A stretch of DNA of 64,000 nt, taken from assembly GCA_002633005.1 (NCBI GenBank), contig NMRA01000027.1, forward strand, positions 834,637 to 898,636, given 5' to 3'. This document shows positions 26,341-39,210 of this stretch, piece by piece (the first letter of the stretch is position 1; each line of letters opens with the position of its first letter). The notes beneath the pieces were generated by a model that ran no database searches, was not told the DNA's origin, and saw only the letters and a program-made list of their open reading frames with translations. The position numbers were made by a program, and so were the translations under genes. Source of the stretch: Phoronis australis. Lineage: Eukaryota; Animalia; Phoronida.

Positions 26341-27525
26341 GTGTCTCTGTGTATGCATTTCTAATATATTAACAACCAGACACATTGCTTCATAGGCCAC
26401 CCTGGACTTATTAGTGTACATTAAGTATTAAACATTAAAGACAGACTCACAATATCTTTCTTTGAACAAATACCGTCCCTGTTCAAGGTCTTTGTTTTCC
26501 TTTTTTCATTGTGGAACACTTTGTGATATAGGAAACATGCTTCGACAAGAGATTTAATTTTTGTCCAGTCAATGATCGTTGCAGAAGCGGTGCATGTCTC
26601 CTCTTTTTGGAAATATATTTGCAGTTTCAGCCCCCCAGCCTGAAAGCCACAGGTCAGGTGAAAATAAACATGTGCAGCTCCCCCTTTTTGAATTTATGTT
26701 CAATTCAATTGTGAAAATAAAAATGAAGTGCTGGTTTATAACTTCAGGTCTTTCGGTGTGTTTGAAACTACCTTAGAACCGGTTAGCATAACATTTTCAT
26801 GAAACATTTTTTATGTAAATGATTATGATGAAGATGATAATTTGTCATCGTTACGCTAATAAAACAGGGTACATATCACTACCAAATAACGTTTACTACT
26901 GTTTTTTTTTAGAAAGTCATCAGAAGGTGGTTGATACAAGTTTTTTTATTAGCGGTTTTCATGGAGCACAGCACACCCCAAGCCCAAAAACCACAGGTCA
27001 GGCGAAAAAAAAAACATGACTTGCTTCCATGTGGCGGAGGAAATAGATTACCTGACGCACGGTGTACATAGATGGCCTACACAAGTCATCGATATTTGAA
27101 ACGTGCCCCTAGTCACTAACAACCATCACAAACTTAACATTCAGCATTCACTAAGTCCCATGCAATTGCTAAACCTATTAGAAAATATCCTGAACATAAA
27201 TAATATCGTCTCGATCTATGAAATATCCCCGACGCCTACGTCAAATATAATCACAGCTACATACAAAGACTGACACTACTGGTGCGACGCCCACATCGAC
27301 CAGCATCCCAGTTAACGTGTGCACCGTTTTCAAGTAAATTCAGTTCAGTTGGCAGTGTAAGTCACCGGCGGAAAGCCATTTCATCATGTCTTAAATGTTT
27401 TTCGAAACCGAGGCTGCATGGTCAACAACAACTAGTGAGCGCACAATACAGCGTAGTTGATGCTTTCTACAGTTATAAAACCACTGTCAAACAAAGTGTC
27501 GAGGATTGCTTTTTTTTTCTTGCAG

Positions 27526-27807
27526 AAGCAAGCCTCGGATGCAAAGTTGACGTTAAAGGAACTGAATATAACGGTAAGATTAACTACGCCTGGACTGGAC
27601 AAGTGTGCAGAGTGTGGAGTAGTCCTGAAGTTCAAAGGCACATGTCCAAAAGTGAACGTTTAATGTCATCTTATAACAGATGGTCAGGAGCTGTGAAACT
27701 TTCGAACTTTTGTCGAAATCCGGATAATGAGGAGGGCGGTCCTTGGTGTTACATACAAGCAGAGGATGTACCTTCGTGGCGTTTTTGTGACATCAAAATT
27801 TGTGACG
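27526..27807 (+). CDS. Kringle-domain exon K4 (282 nt, phase 1-1)
   Basis: ttttttcttgcag|AA GCA AGC CTC GGA TGC ... TGT GAC G|gtaagt. Six Cys, including NFCRNPDNEEGGPWCY. Confidence 0.93.
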
Positions 27808-28754
27808 GTAAGTACTAGCACGCCACAAAATATGCAGATTTAGAAGCCTTGTGGCTGCGGATTTGGTATCATCCTGCTGTTGTGAATTCTTACTCATATT
27901 TCACTTTCGCGTACAACTGAATAATACGTACATATATTCCTACCGTCAAAGGAACACCATATGATTGGTGTGTAGTACACACATTAACTTGTTGTCTACG
28001 GTGATAATACACGCACGTCTCCCAGGCACGAAACAAGCTCGATCGATAGGAATTCCGTCCATGTCCGTGTGACATCATCTTGTATAATGCTACTTCGGCT
28101 AATATCCGCATGTGCAGCAAATTTGGTGGAAAATCATATTTTGACAAAACATATAAACACGAACTAAGAACTACATGTATTTCCCATAATCACTCACTTA
28201 ATGGCAAACTGAATTTCAGGGTAAATCTGACACTGGTTTTAGTTTTTAGTTTTCATGCTTGTAATTGTACATGTAGATAGCAATTGATTGAAACAACTCA
28301 AGGAGAAAGGCCAGAGGTGAGGCGTTTTTCTGTGACTATGTAATTGGCTACATTGGAAACAATAGAGGTTCTAACAGAACCGCAGTCTGCAACAATCTAG
28401 GGCTTAGTGTATGTTTTTGGAATGGTAAGTTACATTCTGGAAAGTTCTAGTATGTGTTTGAATTGGTTAAAATTTGAAAAAAAACGAGAGACCATGAATA
28501 CCAAGGCACCGGTTAGTGTCAATGAGTTGGAAAGTTGAAATTGGGTTAATAGGCCATACATGTAATCCTAGGTGTCCTATATTTCACCTCCACGGCTACT
28601 TTCGGGAGTCAACAAGAACTTTGCATAAAATCCATCTACATATATTCAAAGGTCAATTTCAAAAAAATCCCAAGAGTACGCTTGCACGTTTAGTAAGAAT
28701 TTTAATTTAAATGTTGAAAACAGATGGCATCAAGTAATATGTGAGCCACTTGCG

Positions 28755-31658
28755 CCAGGTCCCCATTCTCCGTACTCAGACACATATCCGTATTCGAGAT
28801 TTCAATCTTGCTCACTGGAGTCGTACTCAAGAAAGCGTATTTAATCTCGCATTTCGAGTGTACTCCAAAGGTACTCAAATCAGAGAATCGTACTCCAGTT
28901 ACTACGGAACTCTATATGATGTGAAAGGCAAAACCACACCTCGTTGCGGTGAATGAGCGCTCCCTGTTGGCATAAGATACCATGTCAACTACATTGTCGT
29001 CTGCTATGTCTACAAGAGTGTATAACATGGAAAGGTGAGTTGTCTGTAACTGTTATTTACAATAAAAGATGCTACCATAAAATATTGATTTCCTGATACA
29101 TTTACCAATTAAGCTTTACTTCTTAGGTTCCTTAACTTCCGAAAATGTCTTAATAAATGTGTAAAAGCTCATCACATCAAATTCACTACCGGAGGTGGAG
29201 AAGCTACAATCTCGCTCCCAGTTGCTAATTAACTAGTTGTTAAAAGGGGGGGGGGGCAAGCTCTCCTAAACTAGACGCATTTACTCCTAAAATTTGAAGG
29301 TTACACCAAGTATTGCCATGATGGTCGCACGGCCCTAACGAAATTATCTCAAAACTGGTACTTCCCACGGCAAAAAAGTTAAAAAACGTTCCGGGTACAT
29401 AGGAAATCAAACAAAAACATTTCATAACCATAATTGGATAAGACCACAAGATCATATCTGATACCTAGCCACAACTGGAGTTTAAAGTTATAACTATCTC
29501 TTAAAACGTGCAAAATAGGCAACACATATACCAACCAATACAACAAGAAATCTGACCAGCCTTGTCAATCTGAATGAATTCACTAGTAAACAACAGCACT
29601 TTTCGCCAAAGAAATGCGTTATAAATAAAGCTGAAAACTAATCTACTCACAGAGGTGTTTGTCATCGAGAAGCAAAATGATACGGATAGCTTGGGCTTAA
29701 CAAAATTTCAGGCTACCATTCAGACTCTGAATGATCCATCAGTTTCACTTTGACTCTCTCTAAATCACAGGCTAACCATTCATAAAATGTTTCAATCTGT
29801 TCAAACTTATTAAACTACCAAAACCAGATTTTGACTAATTGTCCTTTCTACACGTGATGTTCCAGTACTTGCTTTGTGAGACGATAATCAGAAATGCAAA
29901 AAGCCTATTCCAGAGCTGTAATATAATTTCCGGAGAACATTTGACCCCAACATCTTCATTTTTGGTGGATTCGGGACATCAAATATTGTTAGGGCACTGC
30001 AGTCAAAACCAGCTTGTTCTTCATTCATGAAAATGATTGGACTTCTCGAAGTGATGAGAGCATAACTTGCAGTTCTTGGGCAAATAGGCTGCATCTCTAT
30101 TCGTAAAGTCACCCCCCAACACTTGTACCTGAACAGAAATCAATGAGATACAAACCTCATACTCACTAGGTTCACAGAAGACTGATAGACTACATTAAAG
30201 TACACTACACTACAGAATTTCTGTCGCACTGTGATTTTGATAGAGACAAAAGCGTTTTGGTGTCAACTGAGGAAACTCGGACTCAAATGTCGATCCACGG
30301 GTATTTTAACAGGGCCGCGACCCAGCATCATTGACACATAGAATTAAGTTTTCAATGACGCACTGCTTAAAACGTAATTGGTCCCACTGGCACATTAAAA
30401 TTATGTTGATTTTTCACCTTTTCACCGAGACCCAGAGATTCTCTAACTTGAGTCATGACAGATTTGTGGCCCTGTGGCTGTGATTGTGCCATGGCCGTGT
30501 CACCAGTCATATTACCCATGGCCATGGGCATGGGTAAGTTTTCCTAAAATTATCCCTGCGATTGTGACATTTTGATTTGGAATTCATGGACTGCAAGTAT
30601 CCAAAAAGCTGACGATCACATTGTACGTTCATCATAGTCCTTCCACCGGCAGCCCGGCTGTAAAGTAGGTCTAGCCTACATTGCAGACAACAGTGGCAAC
30701 GGCACTTGTCTAACAACCATGAATAGAACACACGAAATGATAACCCTTACCTTTCTGGATCCTTAGGAAACCTAAAAAATGACACGTCTGGGGTTTTCGT
30801 GGATGAATTCATGCAATTTATCGCACTGCAATATGCGTTCTTCCCCATTGCTTTTTGGCGCTTCGTGGTTTGACAGTTGCTTAGACACCACTTGGCGGCG
30901 CTAGTAGTAGCGGTAACAGCGAACTCACTAGTGAACTCTACTATTCTACTACACTCCTTGCTACAATCATTCAGAGTTCATCAGTGAACGGGTCATGACT
31001 TCTATTGCAAACAGTAATGTGATACGAATCGGTGATTGACTAAGGAAATATGAATAACTAAAACTATGATGAGAAGTTTAGATCTACCTGTCATGGAAGC
31101 AAACTGTTGCTTAACATTTCTCGCCTCCTCGTTTTTTGGAAAACGTACAGATCGTTGAGTACCTGCTGCAATCGGGGCAGCGCAAACTTCCCACACGGAG
31201 TGGAGGCAATGAAGTGCGATGAGACGGCGGGTAAAGATGAAGAAGGTTTAAGATGAAAACTGTTGTCTCTGGATTAAATCGGAAACGCTGAATTAAGGTA
31301 GGCTACGTCGACTTAATGTTTCCAAGGAATTTTACGCCTCTTACTGGTCTTTCGGTATTTTTTTTCTCTCGCTCGTTGAATGATCCGTCTATGTCTCACA
31401 TCCGCCGTATTTATTTTTTAGTACGATTTTAAGCACACCGCAGAACCAAACTTGAAAGTTTGAGCATCTATTCAGACTGTTTACTCAAAATCGTACCCGA
31501 AATATAGTACACTCTAAAATTGAGTACGTGCTCGAAACTTCGAGTGCAGATTATTCGAATATGACATTAAATACACCAAAGCTGAGTATGTTCTCGAGGT
31601 GATTATGAAGTTTGAGTTAAGTATGATTCGAGTCTGAGTACGGAGATTGGAGACCGGG
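28755..31658. mobile_element. ~2.9-kb TIR DNA transposon carrying a THAP pseudogene (P-element/THAP-type; superfamily uncertain)
   Basis: Left ccaggtccccattctccgtactcagac matches the reverse complement of the right end (cccggtctccaatctccgtactcagac) with 3 mismatches. GTACTC/GAGTAC subterminal repeats occur at both ends. No clear TSD. Confidence 0.75.
29950..30848 (-). pseudogene. Two-exon THAP zinc-finger domain, decayed in exon 2
   Basis: Exon 1 (30848-30751) reads MGKNAYCSAINCMNSSTKTPDVSFFRFPKDPER|gtaag. Exon 2 from 30128 (ttcag|) gives YKCW..., KNCKLCSHHFEKS and KNKLVLTAVP-TIFDVPNPP across frameshifts. These are the C2CH, FP, W and AVPTIF THAP signatures. Confidence 0.88.
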
Positions 31659-33539
31659 ATCACGTGTCAATAAAAATGATCAGATCAATCAATCAAGTGC
31701 CAGGAAAATATTGTGTCCGTACTTTTCCCATTCATAATTCGTCAGCTTCAAAAAAGCATTCATCAGAGGAAAGCCAGCTGATGTCATCCTGTTAACTTGT
31801 TTATATCTACTGTCTACGTTGGACGGTATTGAGTTTGGATGGGTGTGCACTAATCGACATACATGTCCATGTATTATCAAAGGACAAAGCTCGAAAACCA
31901 ACAGGCAGCAGTCTCAAGTTGAGGAAATCCAATTCAAGTGGCAAGAGTCATTGAACAATTCTTGGCATGTTCCTTTATCACTGTGTGCTTCCGCAAACAA
32001 CAGTTAGGTCCCAGATGAAAGTATAAATTATTGAGAGTGGACAACTTCAAAATGTCTGCCCCCTGTTCCATTCATCTCTTAGATTCTTATAAAAAATTTG
32101 AACTCCTAGATTTTTTTTAATATTACGTGGTGTAAGGCTACTGAACTGCAAACAAATGCAACAATGTTGAGTGCAATTAAAGTATCATTGCTGAGAAGGT
32201 ATTAAGCTTTTCTATCACAAGAACTGTTAGGCCCCACATACACATTACGCATATAGCAAAAATTTAAAATGCTCTTAAAAGCAAAACACGAATGTGATGA
32301 AGGGAACAATGCTGAACCTACTAGAAAATTGAGGAGGTAATCAGTGTCAGATCCATTAAACCGTTCTCAAAGAAACGTATGGCCACCGCCATTTGTCATT
32401 TGCGACAAGTCAAATTCGACCATAGAAATTCTATCCCAGTTCCAAACATTCACATGGGAATAGACCTACCTTTTCTTAATGGTAAAAAATCCTTACTTTA
32501 GGCCATAGAAAAAAAGAAATAAACTTGTTGTATCACCGTTCCAATCTCAAAGGTAGTGGCAGCAGTGTTAACATTGATGTGAATAACCAGAAATGATATT
32601 TATGAATTTCCAGGCCTATTTTGAGACCATTTTATGTAAAAACATGAACAGCGTTTGGAAGTAAATATAAAAATGCAAATATTGCCATGTTCTGTATTCT
32701 TGAAAATTCAAAAGTTGCGCTGATTTCAGTGCGTCACTTTTTGAAGATTCTTAATAGTAAAATTTTTCAATACGAATTTTTTACTCTTCCAATCATGTCT
32801 CATCTAAAACAAGAAGTGTAAATAAGGAGATTTTCAACTCCACACGAAGAACTAATACCAAAATGACCATTCCTCTATTTTCAAAGCCTGACTTTGGTTA
32901 TCCGGTACAGTAAAAGGCATAAATGTAACAAGGCTGAAGTGTTTAAATGAAACGGTATTCAGGTTGACAAAAAATATTCCGGTTAGGGTGGTGCAGGTTT
33001 GCGGAGATATTTTTTGAAATTTGTCAATAAAATTGGGCTCAACACTTGTGTTTCCTTGTCAACCATTTGAAGACATTGACCCGTTTGTGTTCATGCTGCA
33101 CGACGACTCATCAATAACACCTTTTTCATTGACACAGCATGCTACCACATACTCATATTGAAATACGTGTTGGAATAATCTCTGCCTAATTAAGGTACTT
33201 TTGATGTTACTTGCCAAAAGAGCAGAGTGTCATTCACAAACCAGCATTGCAGCTGCATGTCAGTGCATCATTTCCAGTTTTCAATAGGTGGCTTTTGGAG
33301 CAGGTTAGTCTGGAGTTCCACCGGACGACATTTCCTTTAGCCCCAGAAAATACCATGAAGTATGTTAATCGCAAGTGTGAAAAGAATGGTTGCCGTAAAT
33401 ATGGGTTCTCGTTTGAAGTTGGGAATGTCATGTTCTAAGTAATGTACCTGTAGCGATTGTGTAAACGCGGTGCCCGAAGACACAATTTTTGATGACGAAA
33501 TCGATGATGGATAGCCTAATGGAAAGTATTGACAACATC

Positions 33540-34430
33540 TTATCATGCTCCTGGCAGTCAGGACTGCATGGTGTATGTTCGTATTGTTCTAAAACCCCCT
33601 CGACCCCCACAAACCACGACCTCCTATACCCACAATCATACAAACCTTTGACCCACGACCCTCGACCCCCTCGTCCCACGATCCACAACCCTGACTCAGT
33701 CTACAGAAGGTCGACTCAGTGTGAACATAGAAAAAGCGCTGACTTGCAGAATCGATGAGTTGTCGGTTTATCTCTGTTTTTATGCAATTAAGAAAGTAGA
33801 TTTGACAAGGTTGAAAGCCAAAAACAGAAAAAAAAACAACGCCACCTAACCATTGCAAAAATCTACAAATCTTGCTCCCAAAGGAGTGTTACCGTCTCGT
33901 CTGCTCTTATTGAGTGGCAGATTCAACCTTTTTGCAGAGAGTTCGAGGAAATGACAAAAATGCAATTTCATCAATAATTACAGATAGAAAACAACAGTTT
34001 GTTAACTAAAAGGTATTTCATCGTTATATGGAGTATATTACAAACGAGTGTACAACATAAAGCAAAAAATAAAAAAAATATGAAATTATGTACCTTCACG
34101 TAAACGTACATGTACGTACATGTAAAGTCTCTCTAAGTTTAGCAGAACTGGGCCATTGGTCGCCGCTCGTGGATTTATTTCCGTTACAAAGATAGCGCGT
34201 TGTCAGACCACGTTCTCGAGCCACTTTCAGTTTTTAATCACCAGATTTGAATCGCAGCAGACTCTCATGTAAGTATATTTTATGGGATAGTCACTCATCG
34301 ACGTAATAAAAGTGTGAAATATGTAAAAAGCGCACGAAAACCTAGTTCGGGAGAATTCGTTAGTCGAGATGTTTGGGGTTGAGTGGGTTTCAGAACAAAC
34401 ATGCACGTGTATGTTTCCAGTGAGTTTACA
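33540..34430. mobile_element. Non-autonomous repeat/MITE with inverted cgacccc-rich ends (uninterrupted copy)
   Basis: Starts ttctaaaaccccctcgacc... and ends ...gtcgagatgtttggggttgagtgggtttcagaac. Colinear with 50270-50819 plus 52901-53120, with another fragment near 24730-24845. Boundaries approximate. Confidence 0.65.
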
Positions 34431-36343
34431 ATGAACTGCATTGTAGATAATGAGAATTAATTGAAATTATCATTTAATGTTATGACAGTGAGTTCATTGC
34501 AGAATCTTTGGAAATGTATGTTGCTCATATGTAGCTTGTAATGTTAAAGCTTTTTCAAATTTCAAATAGTTGAGAGTATTGTTTTTTTTTTGGTAGGAGT
34601 CTAAAATAAAGTAGTATGATTTATGGCCTAGAGGAGTGGCTGCTATTTTTGCTTTTTTCTTTTTGAGCAATTTTCCACATAATGTCATATTTATCACTTT
34701 TCTTGTGTACTAATTTCAAATGAAAAAAAGAAAATCAAACTATCATTCAGATTTTTTCTCGTGTAGTTGTTATTTGATGAATGGTTTTCTGTGCCAAATT
34801 TTGAAAAAACTCAGACTTTTTAGGCCAAATGTCTCGAAAACGTGCAGTCGAACCGTGGAAACTTTTTAGATTATCGATAAAATGTAGACACGAAAGTGAT
34901 TTTTGAACGAAAAAAATGCCTGAGTTGCAATTACAGAACCAATAATTACAGCGTTCGCCAACAGAGACACAACTGTAAAGAGATCAGGTCATTGAATCAA
35001 CTAGTATACCAGTCGCTGGAAGTGACTCAGAAGATCACCACAAATCAAGGTTTAGCACCCCTGACTCCAGCATTAAACGTTTTGTTTGAGTTGACTTCTG
35101 ATCATACGTTCGAGATTAATAAAAGTAGTTAGCTGGCACCAGTCTTCAATCTATTGTCTCACGGAAAGGCATGAGTGCAGTTCAGTGACAGCTTGCGTCC
35201 ACTCATGTACGAGATAAAAAGCAACGATGGGTGAGCAGGATCACGCGGATTTGAAAATCGCTGTTTCTTATGAGACTAAGGGATTTGATGGCGATCACAC
35301 GAGCAGTGGGTTTGAAAGGCAGCCACCTTAGTTTCTAGGAAGGCAATGAGCTCTGGCGCATGTCATGGACGTTTAGCACACGCGGGTGAAAAGTGAAAGC
35401 AAACCCATAAAATTGAAGAGGGAAGGCAAGCCCAAGAACCTGACGTGATAAAAGCAAGCCTTTAAAGCTGAACAGGATACAGGGACAAAAAAAAAGGAAA
35501 CAGAGGGAGCCGGTACCACCGAAACATTAACAGATCGTAGGTGACACGCTCATTCCACGAGAGCACCAAAAGGTAGACTGTAGGGTCACCGACTCTTGTG
35601 TGTTCATACAACCTGGTGAGATATGTTTAAAATGAAAATTTTTGGGCCATTATTAGAGCAACGTATATATTTTGGCTGTTCAAAAAGCTTCAGTTAATTA
35701 ATTTTTTTTCAAGACCACTTCAAAGAACTAGAAAGGAAAATATCTTCATGACGATTGAGTAGGCTTTCAACCTATCTATCAGATGACAGTTTGCATTCTT
35801 AAAGAAGTTTCCGTTGACATTCCCTAGAGTGTCCAAAATCGGTAAAAATTTGTGCCGGTTTGAGGTGCTCTGGTGGCCATTTTTCAGGGTGTCAGTGATT
35901 TCCAATAATAATTTTCCTCAGTTTGCTCTCTTACTAAAATGCAGTATTAAAATAAATGGTCGTTTTGTTTGCTTTCAAGGAACAGCAGTTAGAAACTACA
36001 TACCATCTCGTATTTTACATTTCCTGGCTACTGGCAGTTTCTTTTTTTAAATATATTTCTATGGAGATCAACTCCGGTGACATCATTTGTTAGATAATTC
36101 TTCTACTGCTGGCCCCCTGGTGGCAGTTTCCATAAATAGATACATATGGTAAAAAATCATGAAATTTTGCCAAAACATTTCCATAGAGGAAAGCATGGTG
36201 CGTGCATATTTGGAAACGACCATTCGATATTAATCTAGCATTCTGTTACGATTGTTTTCTGTTTACTTTTGTACCCGTGGATGAGTTTTGATTAATGTCA
36301 AGACGTCATTTACATGCAGCAGTCTAGGGTCGTTATTTTTCAC

Positions 36344-36344
<1 letters not shown>

Positions 36345-36404
<60 letters not shown>
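36345..36404. repeat. Compound (TA)n(TG)n microsatellite
   Basis: Directly visible. Confidence 0.95.
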
Positions 36405-36405
<1 letters not shown>

Positions 36406-38619
36406 ATTTACACGCATGTCCAACGTGTGTCTCCACCCATGTCACCTGCTGACCGATGCTATGGCCGTAAGTTGAGTTTTGAACTTTTGTCTTTCTTACA
36501 AGATGCTAATTGTTTAACCGTTTCCACCCAAAGCTGAATTTGTCACTTGTTGTCACACTCCAAAACATAAAACTATACCTCTTAAAAACATTGGATTCAA
36601 GGGTTTCAAACTGTCAACGCAGCTAAGGCTTAAGTGATATCTAAAATAAAATGATCCTCACAAAGTTGTTTCCATGTTAAACAACTTAGAATTTTAACAA
36701 CACAGGGTGAATCAAAATGGCGTTATTAAGTATAAAATTGGTGTAGCATTATTGTTACCGTGGCAACCAAGTGCCATTAAAACGTTCCTCCTAAACTATA
36801 ATTTGACAACCATGATAATAAAACTATGAAGCTATGAGGCTGAAGGATCTGCGTAAGCTTCACATTTTATCATCAAATGTAACCTATTTCAATCTGTAAA
36901 TCGGCAAGTAATATTTTTCACAGTTTGTTTTGACATATCCTGAAGCAAAAAGTTTCTAGTTACAAAACAGGATCATCAAAAGCACAGTCTACGCATGGAA
37001 ATGAAAAAAATGTCGCCCATGGTGAACCACCATCATATCTTAAATAAAAATTTACAACAACTATTTCAAACAAATTTCAACTTTCTTTAGCATAGTGCAC
37101 TGAAAAGTGAATGGACAACTTACATTGAAATTAATACAATATTCATAATAGTTACGACCCAAACACCGGGAATATATAAAACTGATTTTTGTTAGCAGCG
37201 TGACTACACATGTATTATAGTTGAATGTTCACCGACGACATTGTAGCCAGTTTAACATGCCTTCCAGTTCAGCAAATTGTGCCATGTTGTCCGTGAATAG
37301 TGAGCAGTCTCATGAACTTACTGTATGGCTGCGTGGTTATAATCTGATGATAAGTTTTGGATTGTGCACATTGGTAGGTAACGATGTGTGTCACTAATGT
37401 GTACTATTACAATATTTATAAAAATAATGTTAAGCACTTTTAAACTTGTAACCTACATGTACACGTATGACGCTGGCATCAAAGATAACCGACCAGTAAG
37501 AGTTAAAATTTGACACATAAATAGCAATAACATGTGAACGCACCATACAATTTTGATATTTTTGTCATTTTGTGTTTCAAATATCGATGGCTTTCCTGTG
37601 GTAAGGCTTTTGCTTTCAAATCCAAAAAAATAATGTTCACTTCATCGGGTCTCCCAACTATTAATTCAAAAGAATTGTTTACACATATCAGCTTACTCCA
37701 CTTGAAATAGTGTACGAATTGAAATATTTCATTAAAATCACATGAATTATCTTTGTCACTTTAAACTGATTTTGGAAGATGATCCCTAGATGGATTTGTG
37801 ATTTATTTTTATTTCCTTTTGGAATGGCTTTTAAAAGATTTTACCCTAACCAGGTATCGCTTTGCATCAATTATGTTGTCTGTCTGTTTATTGCTAAAAG
37901 TTGTCAGTACGTTTTCCTCTGTGTCAATAAGCACTACTGAATGAGGTGATTGCTAGGCTTCAGGACAAAAATCGTTTGGACTAAGAAATCAATCAGTAAA
38001 ATACACCGCGGCAAACATTACCAGTGTGATTTTACCCAGCTTTTTCAAACGACACTTAACTCTCGCCAGCATCTTCTTCTATTCAACCCCAACACTATTA
38101 CGTGTCAGTAACAGTATCATACCTAACAACAGGTAATGAACACCATTCCTCCTTCGTCCGGGCTTGGGACTGGCAAGCATTTTCAACTCATAACTTGCTA
38201 CCTTGTTTAAGTCAGGTGATTTCAAATTTGAATAACCTTCTTCAATTTCAAACTGATGCCATGTCTGCAGGATGATCATAGGCAGTTGTCCTTAGACATA
38301 AGTACTATTTCATCACTGCTAAATGGAGGAAACCCTACTAAACTTTGTAATATGTGTTTTTGCCATTTGAGAGATTTGACTCAACAAAAAACTCTCATTA
38401 AAGACATTTTGTGTAAAAAAATTCAAGTGAGGAGGGCATACCATACGAAAAGGTGGTGCAAGAGACAACTAGAAAGATTATTGACACGGTGTGACAATAG
38501 CGTACTCTGCGCGTGCGTATTAATGAAATTATTATGGGAAGTTACTGACAGCAACCCGTTTACAAATATGAAAAGGAATTCTATAAAATTACAGGAGAAA
38601 ATACATATTAATTGTTTGA

Positions 38620-39210
38620 TGACCTTTCCACTAATTGACCTCTTCCGGTGCATTATCAGCCCCGATGAGGGAGTAATTGTTAACTCGATTAAAAGTGTGG
38701 TTAATGCTAAAAATCACAGATGTTTTACTTGAAGCACTTCAGAATAAAAGATGAATGAATTGGTCAAACTTCCAGAAGAAAAGTGCATCTAATGACCCCA
38801 TGGGTGCACCAAATGACCTGGAAATTTAGAATTCAAACTCAATCGCACTTAGTAAACAGACATGTAATTTTGAAATCTCTAGCTCAAAATTTTAGTTTGC
38901 ACTCAATGACCTTTGACCTATTTTTCTGATTGGTTTTGCCTATTGCAAAGTAAAGTAGGGTACTCAATTGGAATGTTGACTTACAACAGTGTGCTGAAAT
39001 TGAAAAGGGTTCCTTGAAAAACGTAAGAGATATAACATTTTGAACGTCACATGACCTTTGCACTAATTGACCCTATCCGGTGCATCATAAGCGTCTTTAG
39101 GAGGATTATTTCTAAGCCCATAAAATGTGTTTAATGCTGAGAGTCGCAGTTGTCTAACGGTTTTGGAGTTATTAAGCCTCAAAGTTAGTCGGAAGAACAA
39201 TAACAATAAG
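38620..39210. repeat. TGACCTTT-rich repeat with an internal ~130-bp duplication
   Basis: tgacctttccactaattgacctcttccggtgcat (38620) vs tgacctttgcactaattgaccctatccggtgcat (39052). Confidence 0.55.

Noticed and set aside
27282-27525. N-terminal extension of ORF 27282-27818
   Set aside because: Runs through a polypyrimidine tract and acceptor, and the homologous sequence before K3 has stops.
2581-27807. Assigning a gene symbol such as PLG, LPA, HGF or KREMEN
   Set aside because: No protease, PAN, WSC or CUB exons were seen and the exon structure differs, so orthology is unsupported.
28389-28431. Short phase-1 candidate exon ending GAATG|gtaagt after K4
   Set aside because: No polypyrimidine tract at the candidate acceptor and an uninformative peptide.
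31690-33450. hAT transposase remnants (VRWNS at ~33310, LKLTNYEW at ~31740, minus strand)
   Set aside because: Only short motif resemblances with no continuous frame, too weak to call without a search.
37700-38732. ORFs 38079-38279 and 38256-38732 as a gene
   Set aside because: No recognisable domain or splice structure, and the longer ORF runs into a repeat.
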